In this document: piece after piece, positions 50,919 through 59,290 of the stretch | Numbering within the stretch: the first letter of the stretch is position 1 | Layout: each line of letters begins with the position of its first letter | Assembly (NCBI GenBank): GCA_041156125.1 | Contig: JBEVTI010000008.1 | Location: 63,659 to 127,658 of the forward strand | DNA: 64,000 nucleotides | Direction: 5' to 3' | From: Ktedonobacter sp. | GTDB taxonomy: Bacteria > Chloroflexota > Ktedonobacteria > Ktedonobacterales > Ktedonobacteraceae | Position numbers and translations under genes: made by a program | Notes under the pieces: generated by a model | Database searches by the model: none | Told to the model about the DNA's origin: nothing | Seen by the model: the letters and a program-made list of their open reading frames with translations, nothing else

Positions 50919-51352
50919 ATGCCGTCGCTTCGTTCGGGAGAGATCTGTGAAAGAGGGAAATTCTTGAGCGAGCAGAATGGTTTAGCTGGTCCCTCTCCAA
51001 TTCTGTGGCGTCTTATCCGAAGAGCTTTCCATCGGCCTCAGCTCTCTCCAGACTTTGTTGAGTCTCACACACGAATCGCTACACAAAGGATGAAGAGCGT
51101 CAAAGTGAACAATAACCAGAAGACTCTTATCGAGCAGATACGCAAGGAACTCGGAGCCTCTGAAGACACGGAGCATCTCGTTGATTGGCTCATCGATCTC
51201 TGGTCCACATTTGAAATCCTCAGCGACCGCTTTGGAAAAATCAGAGCGCTCCAGATCGTCATTGCGTCTGATCCGTTGCCGCAGATGAGGACGCAAGAGG
51301 CGCGACGTTCGCGTGAGGACTGTCTCCCACTTCTCATGGAAAGGATATTCTT
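50919..51352 (+). CDS. hypothetical small protein (only the N-terminal part of ORF-track 50919..51590 looks protein-like)
   Basis: MKSVKVNNNQKTLIEQIRKELG...ILSDRFGKIRALQIV looks globular; the 3-prime part overlaps the methyltransferase in another frame and is R/S-rich. Confidence 0.2.
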
Positions 51353-51895
51353 ATGGCATTCCTGCAGTGGCCGTTGCGCGGCAAGAAATCTGTCTCACAG
51401 CCTCAAGTGTGGGTGCGCACAGAAGCAGCGCAAACCCGGCGTCGTTACCTGGAAGAGACAGACTATCCGCTTCCCAAAGACGAGGGGGAAAAAAGTCGGC
51501 TGGACTTTCAACATCACGCGCTCAATCTCACGCCTGGCAACCAGTATCTCGCGCCTCTTCCGCAAAAAGTGCGTACGATCCTTGATGTAGGAAGTGGGAC
51601 AGGTATCTGGCCAGCAGACATGGCACGCCTCTTTCCTGAATCGCTGGTCCTCGGGTTGGATCTGGATACCGAACTGTTCAGCAAAAACGTACCAGCTAAC
51701 TGCCTGCTTCGCGCGGGCAATATCCTCACAGGATTGCCATTACCAGATGCCATTATAGAGTTCACTCATCAACGTTTCCTCGTGCTGGCCATCCCCGACG
51801 AACATTGGCCAAAGGTCGTACGTGAACTGCGGAGATCATCAAATGTGACGGAGTTCCAAAATTGGGGTAAAATCACAGTTTTACCGTTGCAGTAA
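51353..51895 (+). CDS. class I SAM-dependent methyltransferase (UMTA/LaeA-like N-terminal region)
   Basis: RRYLEETDYPLPKDEGEKSRLDFQHH then motif I ILDVGSGTGIW and LGLDLD. Confidence 0.65.
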   Translation: MAFLQWPLRGKKSVSQPQVWVRTEAAQTRRRYLEETDYPLPKDEGEKSRLDFQHHALNLTPGNQYLAPLPQKVRTILDVGSGTGIWPADMARLFPESLVLGLDLDTELFSKNVPANCLLRAGNILTGLPLPDAIIEFTHQRFLVLAIPDEHWPKVVRELRRSSNVTEFQNWGKITVLPLQ

Positions 51896-51995
51896 GAGAA
51901 CAAAGCGTTCTGACAGAAGAATGAAGGCTTCACGCCACTCGCATTCCCACGCATCTAGATCAGGAATCCTCCTGGTACTCACAGGCAATAGGCCT

Positions 51996-52093
51996 GTTCC
52001 AATCTCTACCGAGAAGCCGCCCCTCTATCCACCGTTATTGGAACGCCGTTTCAACATCCTTATCACAAGTTCCAATCTCTACCGAGAAGCCGC
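51996..52093. repeat. two identical 25-bp direct repeats separated by a 48-nt spacer
   Basis: gttccaatctctaccgagaagccgc at 51996-52020 and 52069-52093; spacer contains inverted partial copy attggaac. Confidence 0.5.
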
Positions 52094-52337
52094 TCCTCCT
52101 CGTAGCATCGCGCAGTAACTTTGTTTGACTCGCGTTCCAATGCAGCGGAGTATACATGCTCGCAGTTCACAGCGTCTTTCAACGCCAATCGCCCAGCGGC
52201 ATGACATACATCACGCGAGATTGCAGCGTCCCTCTCCATCCATCGTGAGGCTAGCGGGGTATCCCTTATAGCAAATGAGCATCTTTAAGTCAGGTATTCT
52301 ACAGCAGTTTCCAGTTGTAGAAGTATCCCGCCTGGCA

Positions 52338-52835
52338 TTATAAACCTCTGATCTGCATCAGCGCCGCTTTTAATTGCAGGTAGACATTATCCAGGTGATC
52401 TGGCATAACCTTGATATCGGCAATGACTGGCATAAAATTGGTGTCGCCATTCCAGCGAGGTACGACGTGGAGGTGCATATGATCGGCGAAGCCGGCTCCG
52501 GCAACTTTGCCTTCGTTAATGCCCATATTGAAGCCATCGGGCTTCATAGCCAGGCGCAGGACGCTAAGGGCCAGTTGGGTCTGCGACATTAGCTCCGCCA
52601 GGGTTTCAGCGTCAAGCAGTGAGATACTGCCAGCATGCTTGTAAGGGGCAATTAACAGGTGGCCGTTATTGTAGGGGTAAAGATTGAGCATAATAAAACA
52701 TCGCTCACCGCGATAGAGAATACGGAATTCCTCATCTGTGTACGCGTCCGGTTGCGTACAAAAAATGCATGCGTCTGATCGTGGAGTCTGCGGCGTAATA
52801 AAAGCCATACGCCAGGGCGCCCATAGATTTTCCAT
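52338..52835 (-). CDS. HIT (histidine triad) family protein
   Basis: HMHLHVVPR histidine triad and upstream NNGHLLIAP. Confidence 0.75.
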   Translation of the reverse strand: MENLWAPWRMAFITPQTPRSDACIFCTQPDAYTDEEFRILYRGERCFIMLNLYPYNNGHLLIAPYKHAGSISLLDAETLAELMSQTQLALSVLRLAMKPDGFNMGINEGKVAGAGFADHMHLHVVPRWNGDTNFMPVIADIKVMPDHLDNVYLQLKAALMQIRGL

Positions 52836-52861
52836 GACTCCAGTATAACATAGATGCTACC

Positions 52862-53251
52862 CTATTGAGCAGCTCCCTCTTGCACCAGGACCCCTACCGC
52901 CTCAGCTTCTTCCCCTGGCAGAGGAATCCATTTCTCGGCCCAATCGTGAATAGCCGCGACCACTGGCTGTAAATCGAGTCCCTTAGCGGTCAGACGATAT
53001 TCGACGCGCACAGGTATCTGTGGATAAACAATGCGCTCGATTATCCCCTCCGTTTCCAGCTCGCGCAGGCGATCGCTCAAGACGCGGTCCGAGAGTCCTT
53101 CTACCGCCGCGGTCATCTCGCAGAAACGCTGGGGACCATGCATAAGGGCGTCCAGGATCAAGCCGGTCCAGCGCTTGCCCAGCAATTGAATTGCATGCTC
53201 AAAACGCGGGCACATACGATTATTTGGTACTTCAGCCGGCTTCATCGCCAA
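52862..53251 (-). CDS. HxlR-family winged-helix transcriptional regulator
   Basis: CPRFEHAIQLLGKRWTGLIL...RFCEM...GLSDRVLSDRLRELETEGII typical HxlR. Confidence 0.8.
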   Translation of the reverse strand: MAMKPAEVPNNRMCPRFEHAIQLLGKRWTGLILDALMHGPQRFCEMTAAVEGLSDRVLSDRLRELETEGIIERIVYPQIPVRVEYRLTAKGLDLQPVVAAIHDWAEKWIPLPGEEAEAVGVLVQEGAAQ

Positions 53252-53532
53252 TCCTTATCTTGCTGATCTCAGGCTCCAGCAACAGCCAGTAGGTATCAAT
53301 CACTTGTAATGATAACAGTATAACATAAATCCCTGTACTAAGACAATCACTGAAACTATATTAAAGTAAGTAGAAGATAGCCGCTATTTTTAAGACTATC
53401 TATCATAAGTAATGTAGCACACAGAGCAATTTCCCTGAGCAATTCGTAGGAGCTACAAGCTTGCCTGACTGAGGACTGATCTAATAGGGACAGGCTGGAT
53501 GTCAAACGAGCGCGCAAGGGCGGCGAGCCAGT

Positions 53533-54042
53533 TCAATCGTGGACGGTCTCGCTCAACCATTCGCAAGTCTCCGGGATAGCATCTTTGAGGGCCAGGGCCA
53601 GCGCATCGATATCAGTTACATCGTCACGGTATACAGCCCAGGCTTTAGCCTTTTCCTGTGGGGAAGCGGGTTTGCGATAAGCAGTAATACCGATGCGTTT
53701 CCCATTATGGAAAAATTCTTCTTTTACCCGCGTCAGATTCTCCCAGCGCACCTCAATAACCTCGCCCTTTTGGTTGCGTTTAAGCAACGCCTCCTGCCCC
53801 AGTTCGATCACAAAAGGGACTGGAGCGATCAGGCGCAGATAATAGATAAAACCCAGCACAAAGAGGAGAGCCACAATCGTGCTGCCAATGGCCGAGCCAC
53901 CCTGTAGGAAGCCTTGATAGGTACCAATCCAGAGAATCAGAGCCAGCAAAAAGATCACTCCCAGGATAGTGATCAAACGTTTAAAAAGGCTGAGGCCAGG
54001 GCCAATAAAGACTCTGACCTGGGCGGTCGCCGATGCTGCCAT
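53533..54042 (-). CDS. hypothetical membrane protein (3 TM helices plus soluble C-terminal domain)
   Basis: Start set at MAASATAQV (GGAG upstream); no family recognised. Confidence 0.5.
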   Translation of the reverse strand: MAASATAQVRVFIGPGLSLFKRLITILGVIFLLALILWIGTYQGFLQGGSAIGSTIVALLFVLGFIYYLRLIAPVPFVIELGQEALLKRNQKGEVIEVRWENLTRVKEEFFHNGKRIGITAYRKPASPQEKAKAWAVYRDDVTDIDALALALKDAIPETCEWLSETVHD

Positions 54043-54367
54043 AATAATGCTCCAAGCATATAAAGATAGATGCTTCTTGTACTTCTGTGCTATTGTAGCA
54101 CAGAAGTACAAGAAAATCTTCTTCTTTTGAGATCCTCACAGGGCAATGGAAACAGCCTTTCTACCCCGCTCACCTGGAAGAAAAAAGACTTTTGTCTGGC
54201 TGGAAACAGCCTTGAAATATAGCTTCTAAAGGCTTTATATGATATACTGGCGTAGCTACTTAACCTGTTTCTGCAAAAAAGAAGAGATCTGTTTGACAGA
54301 AGAACTTCCCGCTTCAGCGACTAAAGCGCTAGCGCCATAGGGTAAGCAAAAGAGGGAGACCGGCAGT

Positions 54368-55468
54368 ATGGTTACATCTAAGACACCGGAGCGTTCAGAA
54401 AAGTCGCCGTTTATGCAACGGCAATCTGGCCCCCTGACGACTACGAGAACGACGGGCAAATTGCTGGCCACTCAAGGCTATGTGGTAGGCATCGAGATCA
54501 GCGGCAGTGGCTCTCGGCAAACGGTCGCACTGGCCAACCTGGAAGGCAAGGTTCTGCACAAAGTGCGTCGTCCACTCGACTATGTCCCGGATACTCAAAG
54601 TGTATTGAAGCTCATAGATGAAATGTTAGAGGAAGTAGCGGGACCAGAGCGTTTGCAGGATGGGCGTATTTTGCGGGTTGGAGTGGCGGTGGGAGGTCTG
54701 GTCGATGCCAGGCGAGGCGTTGTGCGCCGCTTACACCACGCGCGCGAATGGAATAATTTCCCACTCCAGGACTATATGGCTGAAAGGCTTGAAGCACCTT
54801 GTATAATAGACAACAATGCCAATGCGGCAGCATTGGCGGAAGTTGAGTATGGTGTGCTGGGCGAACGTGAAAATGGCAATCGGCGGGGTGAGCAGGTTGT
54901 GCTCTACGTGGGAATGGGGCGAGGGATTGGTGGAGCATTGGTGGTGAACGGGCGTATTTATCATGGCTTCTCTTCCACCGCTGGCGAGATCGGCCATATG
55001 ATCGTCAAAGAGCATGGTCCCAAATGCTCGTGTGGGTGCTTTGGGCACCTTGAAGCTATCGCGTCCGCGCAAGCAATTGTGCGACGTATGATTGGTCTCT
55101 CCATCGAATACCCGCAGACTTTCGAGGCTATGAGCCAGCTTACGGGTGCGCGGGCAGAACGCATCACGATAGATCAGATTTTCAAATTAGCCACGGACGG
55201 CGACAAAGTGGCTTGCCAGGTGGTAGAAGAGGTAGAAAACTATCTGGGCATCGCCCTGGCGAATATCATTCACCTTGTCAATCCCAGCGTGATTATCTTA
55301 GGTGGACCGGTCGCGCAAGCGGGGGATCTGCTAATTACTCCCTTGCAAGCCCGCGTTCAGGCTCTATGCATGGAAGAAGCACGTGAGGCAATGTATATTG
55401 TTCAGGGTAAACTGGGTGCCGAAGCAAACATTATCGGAGCGATTACGTTGGCGCTTCAAGATATATAA
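54368..55468 (+). CDS. ROK family sugar kinase (no N-terminal HTH)
   Basis: VVGIEISGSGSR, DNNANAAALAE, zinc motif GHMIVKEHGPKCSCGCFGHLEA; AAGAGGGAGA RBS. Confidence 0.8.
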   Translation: MVTSKTPERSEKSPFMQRQSGPLTTTRTTGKLLATQGYVVGIEISGSGSRQTVALANLEGKVLHKVRRPLDYVPDTQSVLKLIDEMLEEVAGPERLQDGRILRVGVAVGGLVDARRGVVRRLHHAREWNNFPLQDYMAERLEAPCIIDNNANAAALAEVEYGVLGERENGNRRGEQVVLYVGMGRGIGGALVVNGRIYHGFSSTAGEIGHMIVKEHGPKCSCGCFGHLEAIASAQAIVRRMIGLSIEYPQTFEAMSQLTGARAERITIDQIFKLATDGDKVACQVVEEVENYLGIALANIIHLVNPSVIILGGPVAQAGDLLITPLQARVQALCMEEAREAMYIVQGKLGAEANIIGAITLALQDI

Positions 55469-55512
55469 CTAGAAACTCCTTTGTGCTTTAACAGGCGCTT
55501 CCTTCAGCGTGG

Positions 55513-56655
55513 GTGGTGTTAGAGCGCAATCAAGAGGGTAAGAGGCAAATTGTGGAAACAGGTCGGGTTATTCATGGGCGTTATTTGCTACAACGCCTGA
55601 TTAAGCAGACAGCTTTTTGCTGCGTTTACCAGGGCATGGACCAGAGGCTTAAGCGCGCGATAGCTGTTAAATCGGTGTTTCCCGCCCATATCACGGTCTA
55701 TCGTACAGCCATGAAGATGACGGCAAATTTCTCCCACCAGCATATTCTCGGCCTCTATGACCTGGTAATTGAGCCTGAAGCTCTATATGTGGTGCAAGAA
55801 TATGTTGAAGGGGAGAGCTTTGAGACGCTGCTTCAAGCCCAGCTAAGTCCTTTCGAGATCGCCGAGGCCGGCTGGCAAATGTGCCTGGCCCTGATGTACG
55901 CAGGCAGTTCATCGCGCCGCGTCTGCCATGGAGATCTTACGCCTTCCGTGATTATCCGCGAATCCTCCGGGACGATTAAAATCAATGATTTTGCTTTGCC
56001 TACCGACGCAGTCTATTTTGAGAAATGGAGCAGCATGGGCGGAGAAGGAGTCGCCTTGCTGGAAACGGAGATGGCCTGGGGTCAGCAAAGCGAGGAGCGC
56101 AAGGCTGATGATACGCGCGCTGTGGGCTTGCTACTCTACCAGTTGCTCACCGGTATGCTGGAACCCCAGGTTGATGGACGCCTGCGCTTTTCACGCGGCA
56201 CGCCACCAGAGTTATGCGAAACTCTCGCCCGCGCTATCGTTCGCCAGCATCCTCAGAATATCAATACACCAGAAACACTTTACGCCCAACTCAAGGTGCT
56301 CGCAGAGGCGCTAGAACCGGCTCCAGCCACAGTAGAAGAACCATTGATACGTCAGTTCTCACCCGCCGGCGCAGGTAAGATGGGCTCCCCATCCCCCCTG
56401 CCATCTAGAGATGCCGAGCGTAACGCGCGCAATCTCTCTTCCTACAGCGGTCAACTCCCCCGCATTGAAGCGTTATCCTCAGATCCCACGGTCGCTAATG
56501 TTCCCTTCATCGCTTCCAGGCAACCGCTGCAGAAGCCTTTCGCGACCAATTTCAATAAACCTTCACCGATGCTGATTATCCTGCTGCTCGGCCTGATAGC
56601 TTTTGGCTTCTTTTTCGCAGTTGGCTACTTTCTAGGCCATATGCTGATTCCTTAA
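55513..56655 (+). CDS. protein kinase-like protein with degenerate catalytic motifs (likely pseudokinase), C-terminal TM anchor
   Basis: Kinase fold cues (GRYLLQRL, AIAVKSV, HGDLTPSVII in place of HRDLKPxN, NDF in place of DFG); no Gly-rich loop; C-terminal LIILLLGLIAFGFFFAVGYFLG helix. Confidence 0.6.
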   Translation: MVLERNQEGKRQIVETGRVIHGRYLLQRLIKQTAFCCVYQGMDQRLKRAIAVKSVFPAHITVYRTAMKMTANFSHQHILGLYDLVIEPEALYVVQEYVEGESFETLLQAQLSPFEIAEAGWQMCLALMYAGSSSRRVCHGDLTPSVIIRESSGTIKINDFALPTDAVYFEKWSSMGGEGVALLETEMAWGQQSEERKADDTRAVGLLLYQLLTGMLEPQVDGRLRFSRGTPPELCETLARAIVRQHPQNINTPETLYAQLKVLAEALEPAPATVEEPLIRQFSPAGAGKMGSPSPLPSRDAERNARNLSSYSGQLPRIEALSSDPTVANVPFIASRQPLQKPFATNFNKPSPMLIILLLGLIAFGFFFAVGYFLGHMLIP

Positions 56656-56815
56656 CGCCAAATTTGCTCAGAATATGTCATGGAACAGGGCAATTATCCA
56701 AAAGGGCTATTTTACATGTGTCTATACGATTTGCAAATTGCCAGTCGTTTGATACAATAGACGTGTTCTGGGAAGAACCAGAACAGGCATTTAGCATTTA
56801 GAGAGGTAAATTTAT

Positions 56816-56998
56816 ATGAAAATTATTTCCCTGGTCGTGGCCGTAATAGGTCTCGCAGGCATTGCCGCTGGTGTGTATTGGGATTTCTTGAAACACGATC
56901 ATCCCGCCCGCGGCCTGGTAGCTCTGATCGTTGGTATTGTCTTCTTGATTGCTGGCATCGTTGGCGCCTTCGTTCTCAAACCACGAGTCGCTGCTTAA
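56816..56998 (+). CDS. small two-TM membrane protein (60 aa)
   Basis: GAGAGG RBS 9 nt upstream; two hydrophobic helices. Confidence 0.5.
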   Translation: MKIISLVVAVIGLAGIAAGVYWDFLKHDHPARGLVALIVGIVFLIAGIVGAFVLKPRVAA

Positions 56999-57018
56999 GC
57001 GCCAGTTGCTTAACAGGC

Positions 57019-57043
57019 AGGCTCTTCTTCTAAAGAAGAGCCT
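57019..57043 (+). terminator. hairpin plus T-rich tail after 56816..56998
   Basis: aggctcttc ttctaaa gaagagcct followed by actttgctgttacttcc. Confidence 0.5.
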
Positions 57044-57131
57044 ACTTTGCTGTTACTTCCTCGATGTGCAGTTGCCTGGTCCCGGTGCAGTTGACGCCTG
57101 GCCAGTTTTCCGATATATTCGTCCACAAACT

Positions 57132-57359
57132 ATGTTAAGAAAGGGAACTCCTTTGAAAAACCCGGCTCTTTTCTTTGGTGGGATTATTCTGACACTTCTG
57201 GGCATCGCGCTCGGCGTTTTCTTCCTGGTTCCGAATATTCCCCATGTTATTGTTGATTCCGCGGTACACACAAAGCACGCGATCGCATGTTTTGTCGTAG
57301 CTGCCCTGGGAATCATCGTGGCTCTGGTCAATCGCCCCAAAGCTGCTGAAGTCTCCTAA
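57132..57359 (+). CDS. small two-TM membrane protein, paralogue of 56816..56998
   Basis: Internal ATG of ORF 56949..57359; shares architecture (FFGGIILTLLGIALGVFFLV / FVVAALGIIVALVNRPKAA vs LVVAVIGLAGIAAGVYW / IAGIVGAFVLKPRVAA). Confidence 0.35.
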   Translation: MLRKGTPLKNPALFFGGIILTLLGIALGVFFLVPNIPHVIVDSAVHTKHAIACFVVAALGIIVALVNRPKAAEVS

Positions 57360-57371
57360 GAACAGACAAGT

Positions 57372-57416
57372 TTAATGCATCATGCCTGATGCGAAACATC
57401 AGGCATGATGCATTAA
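57372..57416. terminator. 20-bp perfect hairpin with 5-nt loop directly abutting MITE copy 2
   Basis: ttaatgcatcatgcctgatg cgaaa catcaggcatgatgcattaa. Confidence 0.5.
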
Positions 57417-57417
57417 T

Positions 57418-57679
57418 ATGAGTCATCCCCAATTTGATACCGTTGGCGAACTCCTTTTATGAGCCGCTGCGCGGCTCATGGCTTCCTGTTCTGGTGTGGC
57501 TGGTGAGCGGTCAGGCCGCTCACCAGCCACACCAGAAAGAACAGGTGCGAGGTGCCAGAGGCGCCGAGGAGTCCAGAAGAAGCGTGCGCCAACGGTATCC
57601 AATTTTTCTGAAGCAGCACAAGCGCGTTGTCCTCCCCACCCCTTGTGTTTTGTAGAGGTTTGGCCTGATGATGACTCAT
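57418..57679. mobile_element. MITE-like palindromic repeat element, copy 2 (262 bp) with perfect 9-bp inverted termini ATGAGTCAT / ATGACTCAT
   Basis: Same core palindrome and subterminal modules as 24715-25049, opposite orientation, about 70 bp shorter. Confidence 0.65.
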
Positions 57680-57702
57680 AATTAAAGTCTGTTCAGGCCA
57701 TC

Positions 57703-58686
57703 TTATTCCAGGCTTTCTCCTACGATTCCACCATAGCCACGCAAAAATTCCTCGACACTCATGGCCTTTTTGCCCTCCAAGTGGACCTGCTCAACCAGCA
57801 AGCTTCCCTGACCAGTCGCGATACGCAGAACTTTGTGCATCCTGTTATCGCTGTTAAGTGTCTCAAGTGCCACCTGGCCTGGCTTTGCGGCGTCGATGGT
57901 AGCTGACTGAGCGTGTGCTACGAGAATTTTGAGGGCTTTGCCACGCCAGATGGTGCTGGCGTGTGGCCAGGGAATATAGGCGCGCACCTCGCGTGCCAAC
58001 TGCTCGGCGGGCTTCGACCAGTCGAGACGCCCATCCTCTTTCTGAAGCATGCGCGTATGCGTGGCCTGCGTGTGATCCTGCGCCTGGGGAACTAGCTGGC
58101 CGCTGATCCAGAGCGGCAATGCCTCCAGCAGTGCAGAGGCGCCAAGTTCCGCCAGTTGAGGAGTCAGGCTCGCTGTGGTCTCTTCTTGCGCCAGGGGTAT
58201 CGCCCGTTTGAGCAAGATCGGGCCGGTATCTATGCCCGCGTCAAGCAGCATAATCGAGATCCCCGTTTCGTCGTCGCCACGCAAAATGGCTGCGGAGATA
58301 GGCGAGCTGCCGCGATACTTTGGTAATAGCGAGGCATGGATATTGAGGGTGCCATAGCGCGGCAGATCTAAAACTGCCTGGGGCAGAATCTGGCCAAAAG
58401 CGGCCACGATAAAGAGATCGGCTTGATAGGTCGCCAGCGCTTGTTGATTCTCCACTTTCTTAAACGAACCTGGCTGCCAGACGCTCAGACCGTGGGCCAG
58501 CGCCGCCTGTTTCACAGGAGAATAGACAATCTCCTGCTGGCGTCCCACCGGCTTGTCAGGTCGCGTCACTACAGCCACAATCTCATAACCTGCGGACAAT
58601 ACATCTCCAGGAGCCATTCCACGCACCAGCGCCTCAAGCGCCGGCACAGCAAACTGAGGGGTACCCATATAGATAATTCGTAACAT
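57703..58686 (-). CDS. fmt: methionyl-tRNA formyltransferase
   Basis: RIIYMGTPQFAVPAL, NIHASLLPKYRGSSPI, HxxD-type motifs of Fmt N- and C-domains. Confidence 0.9.
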   Translation of the reverse strand: MLRIIYMGTPQFAVPALEALVRGMAPGDVLSAGYEIVAVVTRPDKPVGRQQEIVYSPVKQAALAHGLSVWQPGSFKKVENQQALATYQADLFIVAAFGQILPQAVLDLPRYGTLNIHASLLPKYRGSSPISAAILRGDDETGISIMLLDAGIDTGPILLKRAIPLAQEETTASLTPQLAELGASALLEALPLWISGQLVPQAQDHTQATHTRMLQKEDGRLDWSKPAEQLAREVRAYIPWPHASTIWRGKALKILVAHAQSATIDAAKPGQVALETLNSDNRMHKVLRIATGQGSLLVEQVHLEGKKAMSVEEFLRGYGGIVGESLE

Positions 58687-59290
58687 AAGAAGCATCTGTC
58701 CCTTCTACTTATTAGTTAGATACCTGGCTCATTCATAGTAACATATTCTAGTATACGAGCCTTTTTCAGCAGGTGTACTCTCCGGCTGGAAAAACTCGGC
58801 TGGAATGAGGATGAGGAGCGTTCTCTCCTCTCAGATGCACAGGGCGGCTGTGCATACTCCTTTCTCGGCGCTGATGCGTGTCTTGCGCATCAGCGCCGAG
58901 AAAGTTTTGGGGACATGCAAAAGTTCTCACGATGCTTTTACAAGATCAGGGGATTTGCAAATAAAGAATTCCATTGACAACACCCTGACATGCCTGTATG
59001 ATCTGGTAGACAGAGGAAGAAAAGAGCCGAGCACGCCACGAGTATTTGGAGAAGCTCTGGACGCCTTGCCAGTCAGGGTAATTGCCCAACTGCGGAGTTG
59101 GAGCCAATGACACTTCCATTGCATGATGAAGCCATTGAAGAATACGTCGGACAGTAAGAACTGCAATATGAGGGACCAGGGCACAATGCTTAAGTATTTA
59201 GACCCGCGCGCTGGCTCTCATGCTGAAAGCTATTGAGGCTCTGCGAAGAACGGTTTGCCACCTTCTAATGGAGGATTCCAGTACGCATCT

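Noticed and set aside
51996-52093. Possible CRISPR array
   Set aside because: Only two 25-bp repeats with a 48-nt spacer, and no cas genes in the window; fails minimal array criteria.
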